DNA of 64,000 nt from Candidatus Entotheonellaceae bacterium. Its GTDB lineage: Bacteria > Tectomicrobia > Entotheonellia > Entotheonellales > Entotheonellaceae. This document shows, one piece after another, positions 43,492 to 52,825 of this stretch. The notes below the pieces were generated by a model. The model searched no databases. It was not told the DNA's origin and saw only the letters and a program-made list of their open reading frames with translations. The stretch lies in the NCBI GenBank assembly GCA_965238075.1, contig OZ250173.1:2304001-2368000 (forward strand), given 5' to 3'. The number at the start of each line of letters is the position of its first letter. Position 1 is the stretch's first letter. The translations under genes were made by a program, and so were the position numbers.

Positions 43492-44364
43492 ATGGCCGGA
43501 GATGATGGCGCCCACCGCCTCGTTTCGGATGCCGCGTGTGGCTTCGACGGGTCTCGGCTCGGCATGATTGCCGGTGCCGGCGACATCCCGCTCCTCATCG
43601 CGCGTCAAGCCAGACGCGACGATCGCTCTTTGCCCACCATTGCACTTTCGCCTCAAATCGCCGCCAATTTGGCGCCGTATTGCCCCATTTTGTGCCAGCA
43701 CGGTCCCGGTCAACTCAGTAAAATCATCCGTACCTTACGGCACCACGACGTGCGCCAAGTCGTCATGGTCGGCAAGGTGGAGAAGCGTTTCCTCTTCCAG
43801 ACGCCGCGTCTGGACCTACGAGCCCTGCGTCGCCTCGGTCAGTTGCCGGATTACCGGGATGTCACCATGATGGAGGCCGTGGCGGATGAATTTGCCAGGG
43901 AGGGCCTGCAGGTGGTTGAGCAGACACGCCTGCTGGGGCATTTGTTGACGCCGGAGGGCGTGTTTGGCAGGCGCCAGCCGGACAGCCGGGCCTGGGAGGA
44001 TATTGGCTACGGCTTTGTACAGGCCAAGCAGCTTGCCTCGATGGATATCGGGCAAACGGTTGTGGTGCGCCACCGTACGATTCTCGCCGTGGAGGCGCTG
44101 GAGGGCACGGATGCCGCGATCCGGCGCGGCTGTGCGTATGGACGCGGCGCCGTGGTGGTGAAGGTCAACAGACGGCAGCAAGACATGCGCTTCGACGTGC
44201 CCGTTGTCGGGCCGAACACCCTGGCGGCAGCGGCGGAAGGCCGGGCCGGCGTGTTGGCGGTGGAGGCGGGAACGACCGTTATGCTGCACCTCCCGGATTT
44301 GATTGCGACGGCCAACGCCAATCGCCTGGCGTTGGTCGGGCTCACGCCGGCGCTGCTGCAATAA
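43492..44364 (+). CDS. lpxI: UDP-2,3-diacylglucosamine diphosphatase LpxI
   Basis: GMIAGAG.IP, DIGQTVVV, AVEALEGTD, QDMRFDVPVVG. Confidence 0.92.
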   Translation: MAGDDGAHRLVSDAACGFDGSRLGMIAGAGDIPLLIARQARRDDRSLPTIALSPQIAANLAPYCPILCQHGPGQLSKIIRTLRHHDVRQVVMVGKVEKRFLFQTPRLDLRALRRLGQLPDYRDVTMMEAVADEFAREGLQVVEQTRLLGHLLTPEGVFGRRQPDSRAWEDIGYGFVQAKQLASMDIGQTVVVRHRTILAVEALEGTDAAIRRGCAYGRGAVVVKVNRRQQDMRFDVPVVGPNTLAAAAEGRAGVLAVEAGTTVMLHLPDLIATANANRLALVGLTPALLQ

Positions 44365-45566
44365 TGCGGCGGGAGAGCGTTATGGACAATCACGCGCAGG
44401 ATGCACCACTTCTCATCATCGCGGGTGAAACTTCAGGCGAACAGCACGGCGCGGCAATGGTCGGCGTTTTGCGAGAGGACTTCCCGGACCTGCCGATCTT
44501 CGGAGTAGGTGGCGAGGCCATGCGTGCGGCCGGCGTGGAAACGCTGTTCGACGTCGAGGCGCTGAACGTGGTGGGTCTCGTCGAAGTGCTCGCCAAGGTT
44601 CCCTCGGGCCTGTTGATGGCGCGCCGCCTTCTGCGGGCCGCCCGTGAGCGCGGCGCCCGCGTGGTGGTGCTGATCGACGCGCCGGGCTTTAATCTGCCCT
44701 TTGCCCGTTGGGCCAAACAGGCGGGATTACGGGTTGTCTACTACGTTAGCCCGCAGATTTGGGCTTGGCGGCAGAACCGTGTCCACAAGGTGGCGCGCCG
44801 CGTGGACAAAATGCTGACGCTGTTTCCGTTTGAGGTGCCGTTCTACGCCGCTGCCGGGGTCGACGCCGAATATGTCGGGCACCCGCTCCTCGATTGCCTG
44901 CCCGGCCTGCCGGACCGCAGCCAAGCCGCCCAGACGCTGGGATTGGACGCGCAACGGCCCATCGTCGCCCTGCTCCCCGGCAGCCGTCGTCGGGAAGTGG
45001 AACTCCTGTTGGAGCCCATGCTGGCGGCGTTGAGTCTGATCCGACGCGATTTGCCTGAGGTGCAAGGCGTTCTGCCAGTAGCGCCGACCGTGGCGGCCAC
45101 GGTGCAGCAGATCGTATCCGGGTTCTCCGGCACGCTAACGGTGGCCCGCCAGCAGAGCCTGACGGCGTTATGCGCAGCCGATTTCGCGCTCGTTGCTTCC
45201 GGCACGGCGACTCTGGAAGCGGGTCTGATTGGTACCCCCATGGTGATCGTCTACCGCGTCAACCGCCTCACCGCGTGGCTGGCCAAGCGGCTTCTGCGGG
45301 TTCCCCACATCGGACTGATCAACATTGTCGCAGAGCGTCAGGTCGTTCCCGAACTGCTACAGGAAGCGGTATCCCCGCGCACCATGGCCGCCGCGGCCTT
45401 GAGCGTCCTGCGGGATTCTGCCGAAGCCCGGCGGATCAGAGGGGAACTGACGGCGTTGCGTGCAACGATGGGCGAAGGCGGCAGCAGCCGGCGAGCGGCC
45501 GCCAGCGTCGGCGCGGCCCTGCGCCAGGCGCGTGACCGACACACGAGCGTTCGGGTGCCCGAATGA
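44364..45566 (+). CDS. lpxB: Lipid-A-disaccharide synthase
   Basis: AGETSG, IDAPGFN, YYVSPQIWAW, VGHPL, LPGSR..E, SGTATLE. Confidence 0.95.
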   Translation: MRRESVMDNHAQDAPLLIIAGETSGEQHGAAMVGVLREDFPDLPIFGVGGEAMRAAGVETLFDVEALNVVGLVEVLAKVPSGLLMARRLLRAARERGARVVVLIDAPGFNLPFARWAKQAGLRVVYYVSPQIWAWRQNRVHKVARRVDKMLTLFPFEVPFYAAAGVDAEYVGHPLLDCLPGLPDRSQAAQTLGLDAQRPIVALLPGSRRREVELLLEPMLAALSLIRRDLPEVQGVLPVAPTVAATVQQIVSGFSGTLTVARQQSLTALCAADFALVASGTATLEAGLIGTPMVIVYRVNRLTAWLAKRLLRVPHIGLINIVAERQVVPELLQEAVSPRTMAAAALSVLRDSAEARRIRGELTALRATMGEGGSSRRAAASVGAALRQARDRHTSVRVPE

Positions 45567-46243
45567 AATCGTTTGGGGTGCTGCTGAGTTCGTCCCCTGT
45601 GGCGAGGCGTGCCGTTGTGCGGCTCCTCAGTTGGCTGTTGCGTGGGCTCTTTGTCACGCTGCGCCCCGAGTACGTTCAGCGGCAGGTCGAGCGGCGGGTG
45701 CAGGGCGCCCGGACGCCGATCCTGTTGGCCCTCTGGCATGGGCGGATACTGTATTTCCTGAAGCTGTACGAGTACCTCGGATCACGGATGACGATTCTCG
45801 CCAGTCGGAGCAGCGATGGCGAATTGGTAACGCAACTGTTGTCGTGCTTCGGCCTGCCGACAACCCGCGGTTCCACGAGCCGAGGCGGCGCTCGCGGGCT
45901 CCTGGCCGTCGTGAACAAGGTGCGAAGCGGCGCCCACGCCGGTTTCACTCCGGATGGACCCCGCGGCCCGCGCTACCAGGTGCAGCCCGGCTTGGTCCTG
46001 GTGGCCAAACGCACCGGCGCTCCCATTTTGCCGATGACCTTCGGCGCCCAATGGAAGCGGGTGCTGGCGAGCTGGGACGCCTTTCTGCTGCCACTACCCT
46101 TCAGCCGTGTCGTGGTGGTATACGGCGAACCGATCTATGTGCCGGCCGACGCTTCCGCCGCCGACTTGGAGACCAAGCGCCGGGAAGTCGAGGCCAGCCT
46201 CCGGCGCATCACGGAAACGGCCGACAACTACTTCACAGCCTGA
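45563..46243 (+). CDS. DUF374 / lysophospholipid acyltransferase family protein
   Basis: WHGR, SRSSDG, RGSTSRGG, TPDGPRGP, SWD.F.LPLPF. Confidence 0.88.
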   Translation: MKSFGVLLSSSPVARRAVVRLLSWLLRGLFVTLRPEYVQRQVERRVQGARTPILLALWHGRILYFLKLYEYLGSRMTILASRSSDGELVTQLLSCFGLPTTRGSTSRGGARGLLAVVNKVRSGAHAGFTPDGPRGPRYQVQPGLVLVAKRTGAPILPMTFGAQWKRVLASWDAFLLPLPFSRVVVVYGEPIYVPADASAADLETKRREVEASLRRITETADNYFTA

Positions 46244-47521
46244 ATGTCTGTCCTCTATACCTTTATCCTCATCGGCGCCGGCATTGCCTCGCTGCCGTAC
46301 CTTCTGTGGCGCTGCCTGCGCGGTGCGACCTACCTGCAGGAGCTGTCAGAACGCTTTGGTGGCGTCTCCTTTTCACATGGGGAGCTGCAGGGTTGTTTAT
46401 GGTTTCACGCGGCCTCTGTGGGCGAAGTGCAGGGGTTGCAACCGATTGTTGCCGCTTTGCACGACCGTTTTCCGTCACGGCCCGTGGTGCTCTCCACGTT
46501 TACTCCCGCCGGTAAGGCCCTGGCGCGGAAAGTGGTTCCGCAGGCTGCGCGAGTGTTCCTGCTGCCGCTTGATTTACCGTGGACCGTCAGAAAGATAGTG
46601 CGGCACCTGCGTCCCAGCGCCCTGATCGTGCAGGAGACGGAATTGTGGCCGAACCTGTTCCGTGAGTTGGGGCGGTTGCAGGTCCCCGTTGTGCTGGTGA
46701 ACGGGCGTATTTCGCCGCGCTCTTTTCGGAGATACGCCCGGGTTCGCCCGTTCATGCGCCGCGTGCTGGCCAATGTGTCGCTGATCGTGGCGCAGTCCGA
46801 CAGCAGTGCGCGGCGGTTCCAGGGCCTTGGCGTGCCTGCGCATAAGGTTCAAACGGTGGGAAACACCAACATCGACCGAGCGCTCAGCCAAGCGGAACAA
46901 CCCGCACCGCCGCATCCCATGGCACCCCTTCTGGCAGACAGGCAAGTGTTGGTAGCCGGAAGCACGCACGAAGGCGAGGAGGCGACCCTGCTGTCGGTAT
47001 CCCAGCGGCTGCGCGCGCAGCATCCCGACCTCTGTCTGGTTCTGGCGCCGCGTCATCTCGAACGGGTCGAAGCCGTTGCGCGGCACGTGCAAGCCTGCAA
47101 GTTGTCCGCCATCCGACGGTCCCGGTATCCCAGCGAGTCCAACGCCCGGCCTGACGTGGTCATTCTCGATACCTTGGGTGAGCTTGTCGCCTTCTACAGG
47201 TTGTGCACCGTGGCCTTCGTCGGCGGCAGCCTGGCGCCGGTCGGCGGGCATAACATCCTGGAACCGGTCATGTTCGCCAAGCCTCTGCTATTCGGCCCGC
47301 ACATGCACCACTTTCCGGAACTGGCGGACCTGTTGCGCAACGCCGACGGCGCCATCCAGGTATGCGATGAGACCGGCCTGTACACGCAGATAGCGCATCT
47401 GCTTGCGAACCCCACCGAAGCCGCTGCCATGGGCCAACGCGCTCTCCGGGCTCTCGGTTCCAACCGCGGTGCGCTGCAGCGCACCTGCGAGGCGCTGACC
47501 CAAGTGATCGAAGGTGCGTAG
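46244..47521 (+). CDS. waaA: Kdo transferase
   Basis: WFHAASVGE, ETELWPN, NGRIS, AGSTHEGE, APRH.ER, FVGGSL..GGHN.LEP. Confidence 0.95.
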   Translation: MSVLYTFILIGAGIASLPYLLWRCLRGATYLQELSERFGGVSFSHGELQGCLWFHAASVGEVQGLQPIVAALHDRFPSRPVVLSTFTPAGKALARKVVPQAARVFLLPLDLPWTVRKIVRHLRPSALIVQETELWPNLFRELGRLQVPVVLVNGRISPRSFRRYARVRPFMRRVLANVSLIVAQSDSSARRFQGLGVPAHKVQTVGNTNIDRALSQAEQPAPPHPMAPLLADRQVLVAGSTHEGEEATLLSVSQRLRAQHPDLCLVLAPRHLERVEAVARHVQACKLSAIRRSRYPSESNARPDVVILDTLGELVAFYRLCTVAFVGGSLAPVGGHNILEPVMFAKPLLFGPHMHHFPELADLLRNADGAIQVCDETGLYTQIAHLLANPTEAAAMGQRALRALGSNRGALQRTCEALTQVIEGA

Positions 47522-47589
47522 GACCTCAACGGTGAGCTGAAGTATTTCCGTATCGGAATGAATCATGTGGGGGCTGCCGGCGGCTTCAA

Positions 47590-47680
47590 GTAGGTCGGGT
47601 TTAGCCATAGGCATAACCCGACAGCGGGAGCCTGCGGGGCGCGGTGGAATGTCGGATTACGCTTCGCTAATCCGACCTAC
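47590..47680. repeat. Inverted pair of GTAG-type REP sequences (REPIN-like), family C
   Basis: GTAGGTCGGGTTTAGCC..GGCATAACCCGACA ... TGTCGGATTACGCTTCGCTAATCCGACCTAC; near-identical half copy at 62656-62690. Confidence 0.8.
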
Positions 47681-47788
47681 AGATGGAAGCCGCTTCGGCG
47701 GGTTGACACAGCTTGTCCGAGCGCGAAATAATCAACCTTTCATATGCACACCAGTGACATCCAAAACTCACCAGGGAGCAGCATCCTT

Positions 47789-48832
47789 ATGGGCGACGAG
47801 CCGATTCGTATTGGCGTGATCGGTGCGGGCAACAACACCCGCGTGCGGCATATTCCGGGGCTGCGAGCCATTGACGGCGTTGAGGTGGTCGGCGTCTGCA
47901 ATCGCAGCCGCGAGTCCTCGCAGCGGGTGGCGGAGGCCATGGCGATCCCGCAGGTGTACGATGACTGGCGGGAGATGATCGCCGCCAATGATATCGACGC
48001 GGTGGTGATCGGCACGTGGCCCTACATGCATTGCGAGATGACCTGCGCCGCGCTGGAAGCCGGCAAGCACGTCATGTGCGAAGCGCGCATGGCGAAGAAC
48101 CCGGAGGAGGCCCGCACCATGCTCGCCACCGCGCAGGCGCACCCGAACCTGGTGGCGCAGATCGTGCCGTCGCCGTTTACCTTGCGCGTCGACCGCACCA
48201 TCCAGGACCTGCTGGCCGACGGCTATCTGGGCGAGTTGTACACCATGACGGTGCGCGGCACCGTGCCGGGTTTCGTCACTCCCGATGCGCCGCTCACTTG
48301 GCGGCAGCGGCAGGACCTCAGCGGTCTCAATATCCTCAACATGGGCATTTGGTACGAAGCCGTCATCCGCTGGGTGGGGCCCGCCGCAAACGTTTTTGCG
48401 CGTTCCCAAATCCTGGTGCCGCAACGCCACGATCCGGAGACCAACGCACCCTTTCAGGTTGACGTCCCGGATCACGTCAACGTCATCGCCGACCTGGCGC
48501 ACGGTGGTCAGGCTGCCTTTGAATTTAGCTCGGTATGCGGCTTGGTTCCGGACCCCGGCGCGTGGCTCTTCGGCAGCTCCGGCACCCTGCACTACGATCA
48601 GATGAGCAACAAGTTGTTCGGTGGCCGGAGAAACGATCCATCCCTGCAGGAAATCGACATCGCCCCGGAGAAGGCGGGCAATTGGCGCGTGGAGGAGGAA
48701 TTTATTGGCGCCATCCGCGGTCAGGAAGAGATCGTTCTGACGGACTTTGCCACCGGCGTGAAGTACATGGAATTCACCGCCGCGGTACATAAAAGCGCGG
48801 CTACCGGCCAGATCGTGCCCGTGCCTGCATAG
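47789..48832 (+). CDS. Gfo/Idh/MocA oxidoreductase
   Basis: IGVIGAG, DAVVIGTWP..H, GKHVMCEARMA. Confidence 0.88.
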   Translation: MGDEPIRIGVIGAGNNTRVRHIPGLRAIDGVEVVGVCNRSRESSQRVAEAMAIPQVYDDWREMIAANDIDAVVIGTWPYMHCEMTCAALEAGKHVMCEARMAKNPEEARTMLATAQAHPNLVAQIVPSPFTLRVDRTIQDLLADGYLGELYTMTVRGTVPGFVTPDAPLTWRQRQDLSGLNILNMGIWYEAVIRWVGPAANVFARSQILVPQRHDPETNAPFQVDVPDHVNVIADLAHGGQAAFEFSSVCGLVPDPGAWLFGSSGTLHYDQMSNKLFGGRRNDPSLQEIDIAPEKAGNWRVEEEFIGAIRGQEEIVLTDFATGVKYMEFTAAVHKSAATGQIVPVPA

Positions 48833-48874
48833 GTTTACGGGTGAGGCAGAGCCATTATGAGTAAGGGAGGGCCA

Positions 48875-49417
48875 GTGGGTCCACAGCGCGATCATCCGGG
48901 CGCCGACATGCAAGGCTTCGTGCGCGAATTGGTGGCGTTCGTCGGCCTCACCGACGACGACGTGGCGCTCATTCGCCGCACCGCCCCGATTGTGTTGCAG
49001 CACGAACGCGCGATCACCGATGCTCTGTACGGGCACTTCCTGAAGTTCCCGTCCACCGCGCGTTTCTTCCTTGCTGAGGATGGCAGCCCGGACCCCCAGC
49101 GCCTCGAACGGCGCAAGCACAGCCTGGCGCGCTGGCTGCGTGAGACCGCTGAGGTGGCGATGACGCATGATTTTGTCTACTACCTGCTCGCTGTCAGCCT
49201 GTCGCACAGCCACCGGCAGCACGGCCCCGGCGGCAAGGTGCCGCCGCAGTTCATGGTGGGCGCCATGAGCTTGGCGCAGACGGCCTTTGCCGGGCTGTTC
49301 CAGGAAGCCTTGGATGCGCCTGACGCCTTGGACGCCACCGTGGCGTGGAACAAACTGTTGCTGGTCCATCTGAACGTTCTGTTGCTTGGCTATTTCCTGC
49401 CGCAGCCGGCCAAATAA
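48875..49417 (+). CDS. Stand-alone protoglobin / sensor-globin domain protein
   Basis: FVGLTDDD..L......I.D.LY.H...F, L.RW, candidate proximal His in SLSHSH, AWNKLL; AAGGGAGG SD before GTG 48875. Confidence 0.75.
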   Translation: MGPQRDHPGADMQGFVRELVAFVGLTDDDVALIRRTAPIVLQHERAITDALYGHFLKFPSTARFFLAEDGSPDPQRLERRKHSLARWLRETAEVAMTHDFVYYLLAVSLSHSHRQHGPGGKVPPQFMVGAMSLAQTAFAGLFQEALDAPDALDATVAWNKLLLVHLNVLLLGYFLPQPAK

Positions 49418-49429
49418 CGCCGAGCGGGG

Positions 49430-50575
49430 GTGGGCATGCGAATGATCGAGATGCACCGCGGCGGCTGGCGCCGTGCCGTGTATGACGGCATGCAGGGGTC
49501 GCCGGTGCCGTTCTGGGTTCGCGCGGGCCTGTCGCCGTTGTGGCTCGCTTCTCAGGGCTACCGGGTCGCGGCGGGCGCGCACCGGGTGGGTTACGCGTCG
49601 GGCGTGCGCCGGCGTCGGCGGCTGCCGTGCCCCGTGGTCAGCATCGGCAATCTCACCCTCGGCGGCACGGGGAAGACGCCACTCACCGAGTGGACAGCAC
49701 AGTGGTACCAGCGTCAAGGCTGGCGTGTGGCGGTGTTGAGCCGGGGATACGGCGGCACGTCAACCGAGCAGCCGCAGGTTGTGTCGGCGGGCGATGGACC
49801 CGTGACGGATTGGCGCACCGCGGGCGATGAAGCCTTTCTCCTGGCCCGCCGCTTGCCGGGCGTGCCGGTGCTTGTCGGCCGCAACCGCTATGCAAGCGGC
49901 CTTTATGCTTATGAACGATTCGGCGCGCAGGTGCTGGTGCTCGACGACGGATTCCAGTATCACGCCTTGCACCGCGATTGCGACATCGTGTTGATCGATG
50001 CCAGCAACCCATTCGGCCACGGCGCCCTGTTGCCGCGCGGCACGCTACGCGAGCCGCTGCACGCATTGCGGCGGGCGCGGGTCATCGTGCTGAGCAGGAT
50101 TGAAACGGCCGGGGACGAGGTGCCGGGGCTTTGCGAGCAGATCAGGCGCTACGCCGGCCGGCAACCGATTTACCGCATGGCCGTCAGCCCACACGGCCTG
50201 TATCGCCACGGCACAGGTTGCTCAGTGGATCCGTCGTGGCTTCAGCAGCGCCGCGTGGTGGCGTTTGCGGGTCTCGGCAATCCGCGGGCCTTCTCTGCCA
50301 GCCTCGCGCAATGCCGGGCGCGGGTAGCGGCGTTTCTGGCCTTCCCGGATCATCATCCCTACACCCCGGCAGACTGGAAGGCCATTTGCGATGCTGCTCG
50401 CCGCGAAGGAGCGGAAGCCTTGGTCACCACGGAGAAAGACGCCGTTCGCCTTGATGCGGCCTGGCCGCTGCCGGTACCGCTCTACACGCTGCGCATCAAC
50501 GTCGACATGGCCCCGCACAATCCGCCGTTAACGACTCATCTGGACGCGCTCATGCACCATGCAACGCCTTGCTGA
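49430..50575 (+). CDS. lpxK: Tetraacyldisaccharide 4'-kinase
   Basis: SIGNLTLGGTGKTP, LSRGYG, GDE, LDDGFQ, LLPRGTLRE, FPDHH, TTEKDAV. Confidence 0.95.
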   Translation: MGMRMIEMHRGGWRRAVYDGMQGSPVPFWVRAGLSPLWLASQGYRVAAGAHRVGYASGVRRRRRLPCPVVSIGNLTLGGTGKTPLTEWTAQWYQRQGWRVAVLSRGYGGTSTEQPQVVSAGDGPVTDWRTAGDEAFLLARRLPGVPVLVGRNRYASGLYAYERFGAQVLVLDDGFQYHALHRDCDIVLIDASNPFGHGALLPRGTLREPLHALRRARVIVLSRIETAGDEVPGLCEQIRRYAGRQPIYRMAVSPHGLYRHGTGCSVDPSWLQQRRVVAFAGLGNPRAFSASLAQCRARVAAFLAFPDHHPYTPADWKAICDAARREGAEALVTTEKDAVRLDAAWPLPVPLYTLRINVDMAPHNPPLTTHLDALMHHATPC

Positions 50576-51443
50576 ATCTGTTGCCGACGTCCTGGTCTCG
50601 GCGATGGCCGCCACCTTGGCGCGCCTGCCGCGGCGTCCGGCCTATTGGCTGGGCAGGCGCTTCGGTGATCTGGCGTACTTGTGTCTCGCCCGGCGCCGGC
50701 GGGTTGCGCTGGACAACCTCGAGATCGCGTTCGGCAGCGAGAAATCGGCCGCCGAGCGCCGCGCCATTGCTCGCGCCACGTTCCGCAATCTCGGCGAGCA
50801 TCTGATCGATTTCAGCCGCATGCGCCGGTTGACGCCGGATACGTTCTCATCGGTGTGCACGATCGAGGGTCTTGAGCGTGTTGAACAACTCCTGGCGCGC
50901 CGAGCCGGGCTGCTCATGCTTTCGGCGCATTTCGGAAGCTGGGAGTTGGCCTCGGCCATCGCACTGCGCCTGGCGCCCCGCATGCACGTGATTGTCAGAC
51001 CTCTGGACAATCCTGCCCTGGCCCGCCTGGTTGACGCCTACCGGCGTTACAGCGGCTACCACGCTATCCCGAAGAACCAGGCGCTGTCTGCCAGCCTCAA
51101 GGCGCTGCGACGCGGCGAAATCATCGGCCTGCTCATGGATCAGAGCAGCCTGCGGCATGAGGGTATCCCGGTGCCGTTCTTCGGGACCGATGCGTACACC
51201 TCGATCGGCCCGGCGCTGATGGCCTTACGCGCCGGGTGCCCGGTCATCGGCGTCTTCCTGGTTCGGCAGGGTCTCGGAAAGCACCGGCTAGTGTTCAGCG
51301 AGGAAATTCCGATTCAGCGCAGCGGCAATCTGCGGCAGGACATCGCGGACAATACGCGGCGTTTCAACCAGCTTATCGAGTCCTACGTGCGGGCGTACCC
51401 GGATCACTGGTTCTGGCTGCATCGCCGCTGGAAAAAGCGGTAG
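50559..51443 (+). CDS. Lipid A late acyltransferase (LpxL/HtrB family)
   Basis: AHFGSWE, RPLDNP, LMDQ, VPFFG, P..WFWLHRRWK. Confidence 0.92.
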   Translation: MQRLAESVADVLVSAMAATLARLPRRPAYWLGRRFGDLAYLCLARRRRVALDNLEIAFGSEKSAAERRAIARATFRNLGEHLIDFSRMRRLTPDTFSSVCTIEGLERVEQLLARRAGLLMLSAHFGSWELASAIALRLAPRMHVIVRPLDNPALARLVDAYRRYSGYHAIPKNQALSASLKALRRGEIIGLLMDQSSLRHEGIPVPFFGTDAYTSIGPALMALRAGCPVIGVFLVRQGLGKHRLVFSEEIPIQRSGNLRQDIADNTRRFNQLIESYVRAYPDHWFWLHRRWKKR

Positions 51444-51455
51444 GGTCGTCCGACG

Positions 51456-51636
51456 TCGTCTGCCTACAATATGTTGGCCGTGGATGCCGCTGTCTTCAGA
51501 GCGTGGGCCAAGCTCATGGCACCGGTGATCGGGCACCCTGACGCAGGACGCCATAATCGCCACCGTAGCCATCTTGCACCGGCTGATTGTGGCGGCCCGA
51601 AACGTCTGCGACTATGGAGCCGTCTGGGGTAGGGAT
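51456..51636 (+). pseudogene. Remnant of the C-terminal half of a VapC/PIN-domain toxin
   Basis: SAYNMLAVDAAVFRAWAKLM, then after an indel DAIIATVAILHRLIVAARNVCDY (cf. DAxIAATAxxHxLxVVTRNxxDF). Confidence 0.65.
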
Positions 51637-51787
51637 GGCTTTGCACAAACAGTCGCTGACCAGTGGGACTTTTGCGCAACATGATTTTCCGCACGGAAGT
51701 CCCGCCGTGCCGGGTATCAGACGAGTCGGAATACTCTCAACCTGTGATACTATTCTTCAAGTCCCACTACCCTGGAGGCTACCCACC

Positions 51788-52237
51788 ATGTGGAACTGGA
51801 CTAAAGAACAAGCAGGGCCCATAGCGGCAATTGCCACTGTCCTCATCGTACTTACCGGCCTTATCCAATTTGGCGTCATCAATCCCATGCACCAGCGCTT
51901 TGACGCCATCAACCAGCGCTTCGACGCTCAGGACAAGCGCATGGACGACCTCAAAGCAGAGATGAACCAACGCTTCGACGCAGTAGATCGGCGCTTTGAC
52001 GCTCAGGACAAGTACATCAACCAGCGCTTTGACGCTCAGGACAAGTACATCAACCAGCGCTTTGACGCTCAGGATAAGTACATCAACCAGCGCTTCGACG
52101 CTCAGGACAAGCACATCGAGGACCTCGCCAAGGGCGTTTCAGACCTCCGCAAGCTCGGCGAACGCGTCTCCCGGAACGAAGGAGAGATCGACGTCATCAG
52201 GCAGCAGTCGCAAACCTCCGACGTGCCCTCGCCCTGA
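51788..52237 (+). CDS. Membrane-anchored coiled-coil QRFDA-repeat protein, copy 2
   Basis: GGAGG SD, TM helix, (QRFDAQDKYIN)n, ERVSRNEGEIDVIRQQ..DVPSP. Confidence 0.8.
   Translation: MWNWTKEQAGPIAAIATVLIVLTGLIQFGVINPMHQRFDAINQRFDAQDKRMDDLKAEMNQRFDAVDRRFDAQDKYINQRFDAQDKYINQRFDAQDKYINQRFDAQDKHIEDLAKGVSDLRKLGERVSRNEGEIDVIRQQSQTSDVPSP
51991..52117 (+). repeat. 33-bp in-frame tandem repeat, about 3.9 copies
   Basis: GCGCTTTGACGCTCAGGACAAGTACATCAACCA starting at 51991, 52024, 52057 and 52090. Confidence 0.93.
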
Positions 52238-52451
52238 ACCCCATGCAAGCCCGCCCGATTCAGACAGAACTTGGCACCAAATACACAAGGCGTAACTGAT
52301 TTTTTGTGCAAAGCCGGGAGGGGTCATTCCGCCGAATGACCGGCGGCCACGCGGCTTGACGCTGCGTGAATTTCGGGCGCGTTTGGAGCGTGAGGCGAAA
52401 GCATGCCGGCCATTGTTCCGGCCGGTCAAGGTGGTATGTGGTGGAGGAAGC

Positions 52452-52700
52452 ATGACGATGCGTGACATTGCCATCGTCGGTCGCAACAACTGATATGGCT
52501 TGACCCGGGATGCCGAAATCCTGCGCCAGGGGCTTGTGACCATAGGCGTTCAGGCTGCTCTGTTCGACAGGCGAAAGCGGTCATTGATGGACCGTTTGTG
52601 CCGCCGGGAAGTGGCTGATCTGGTCATCCATCTTGAGCGCATTCATCCAGCTTGATTGGGGGCGGAGAGCCGCTGCGCTCTGATATCGTCGTCGCCCGGG
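52452..52700 (+). pseudogene. Glycosyltransferase-like N-terminal fragment with two in-frame TGA stops
   Basis: GGAGG SD; MTMRDIAIVGRNN*YGLTRDAEILRQGL...DLVIHLERIHPA*L. Confidence 0.5.
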
Positions 52701-52825
52701 TGTATCAATAGGACGCTCCCCTTATAGAAATTCGATGAATCGGCGAGAGTTGAAGGCTTGCAGTGATGTTAAGCGATTCCCAAAATGTCGTTACGTGTCG
52801 ATAGAAAAGAACTGCAAAGCTAGAA

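Larger units (their letters stand above)
51637..52315. mobile_element. Putative non-autonomous (MITE-like) element, 679 bp, carrying a QRFDA gene
   Basis: Perfect 13-bp terminal inverted repeats GGCTTTGCACAAA / TTTGTGCAAAGCC; no transposase; no exact target duplication. Confidence 0.6.

Noticed and set aside
51991-52117. 33-bp repeats as a CRISPR array
   Set aside because: Units are head-to-tail with no spacers, are in frame within a CDS, and no cas genes are present.
52452-52700. In-frame TGAs as Sec or an alternative genetic code
   Set aside because: They fall where Gly/Trp is expected, with no evident SECIS or redox motif. The fragment is truncated, and TGA is a normal stop in many genes here.
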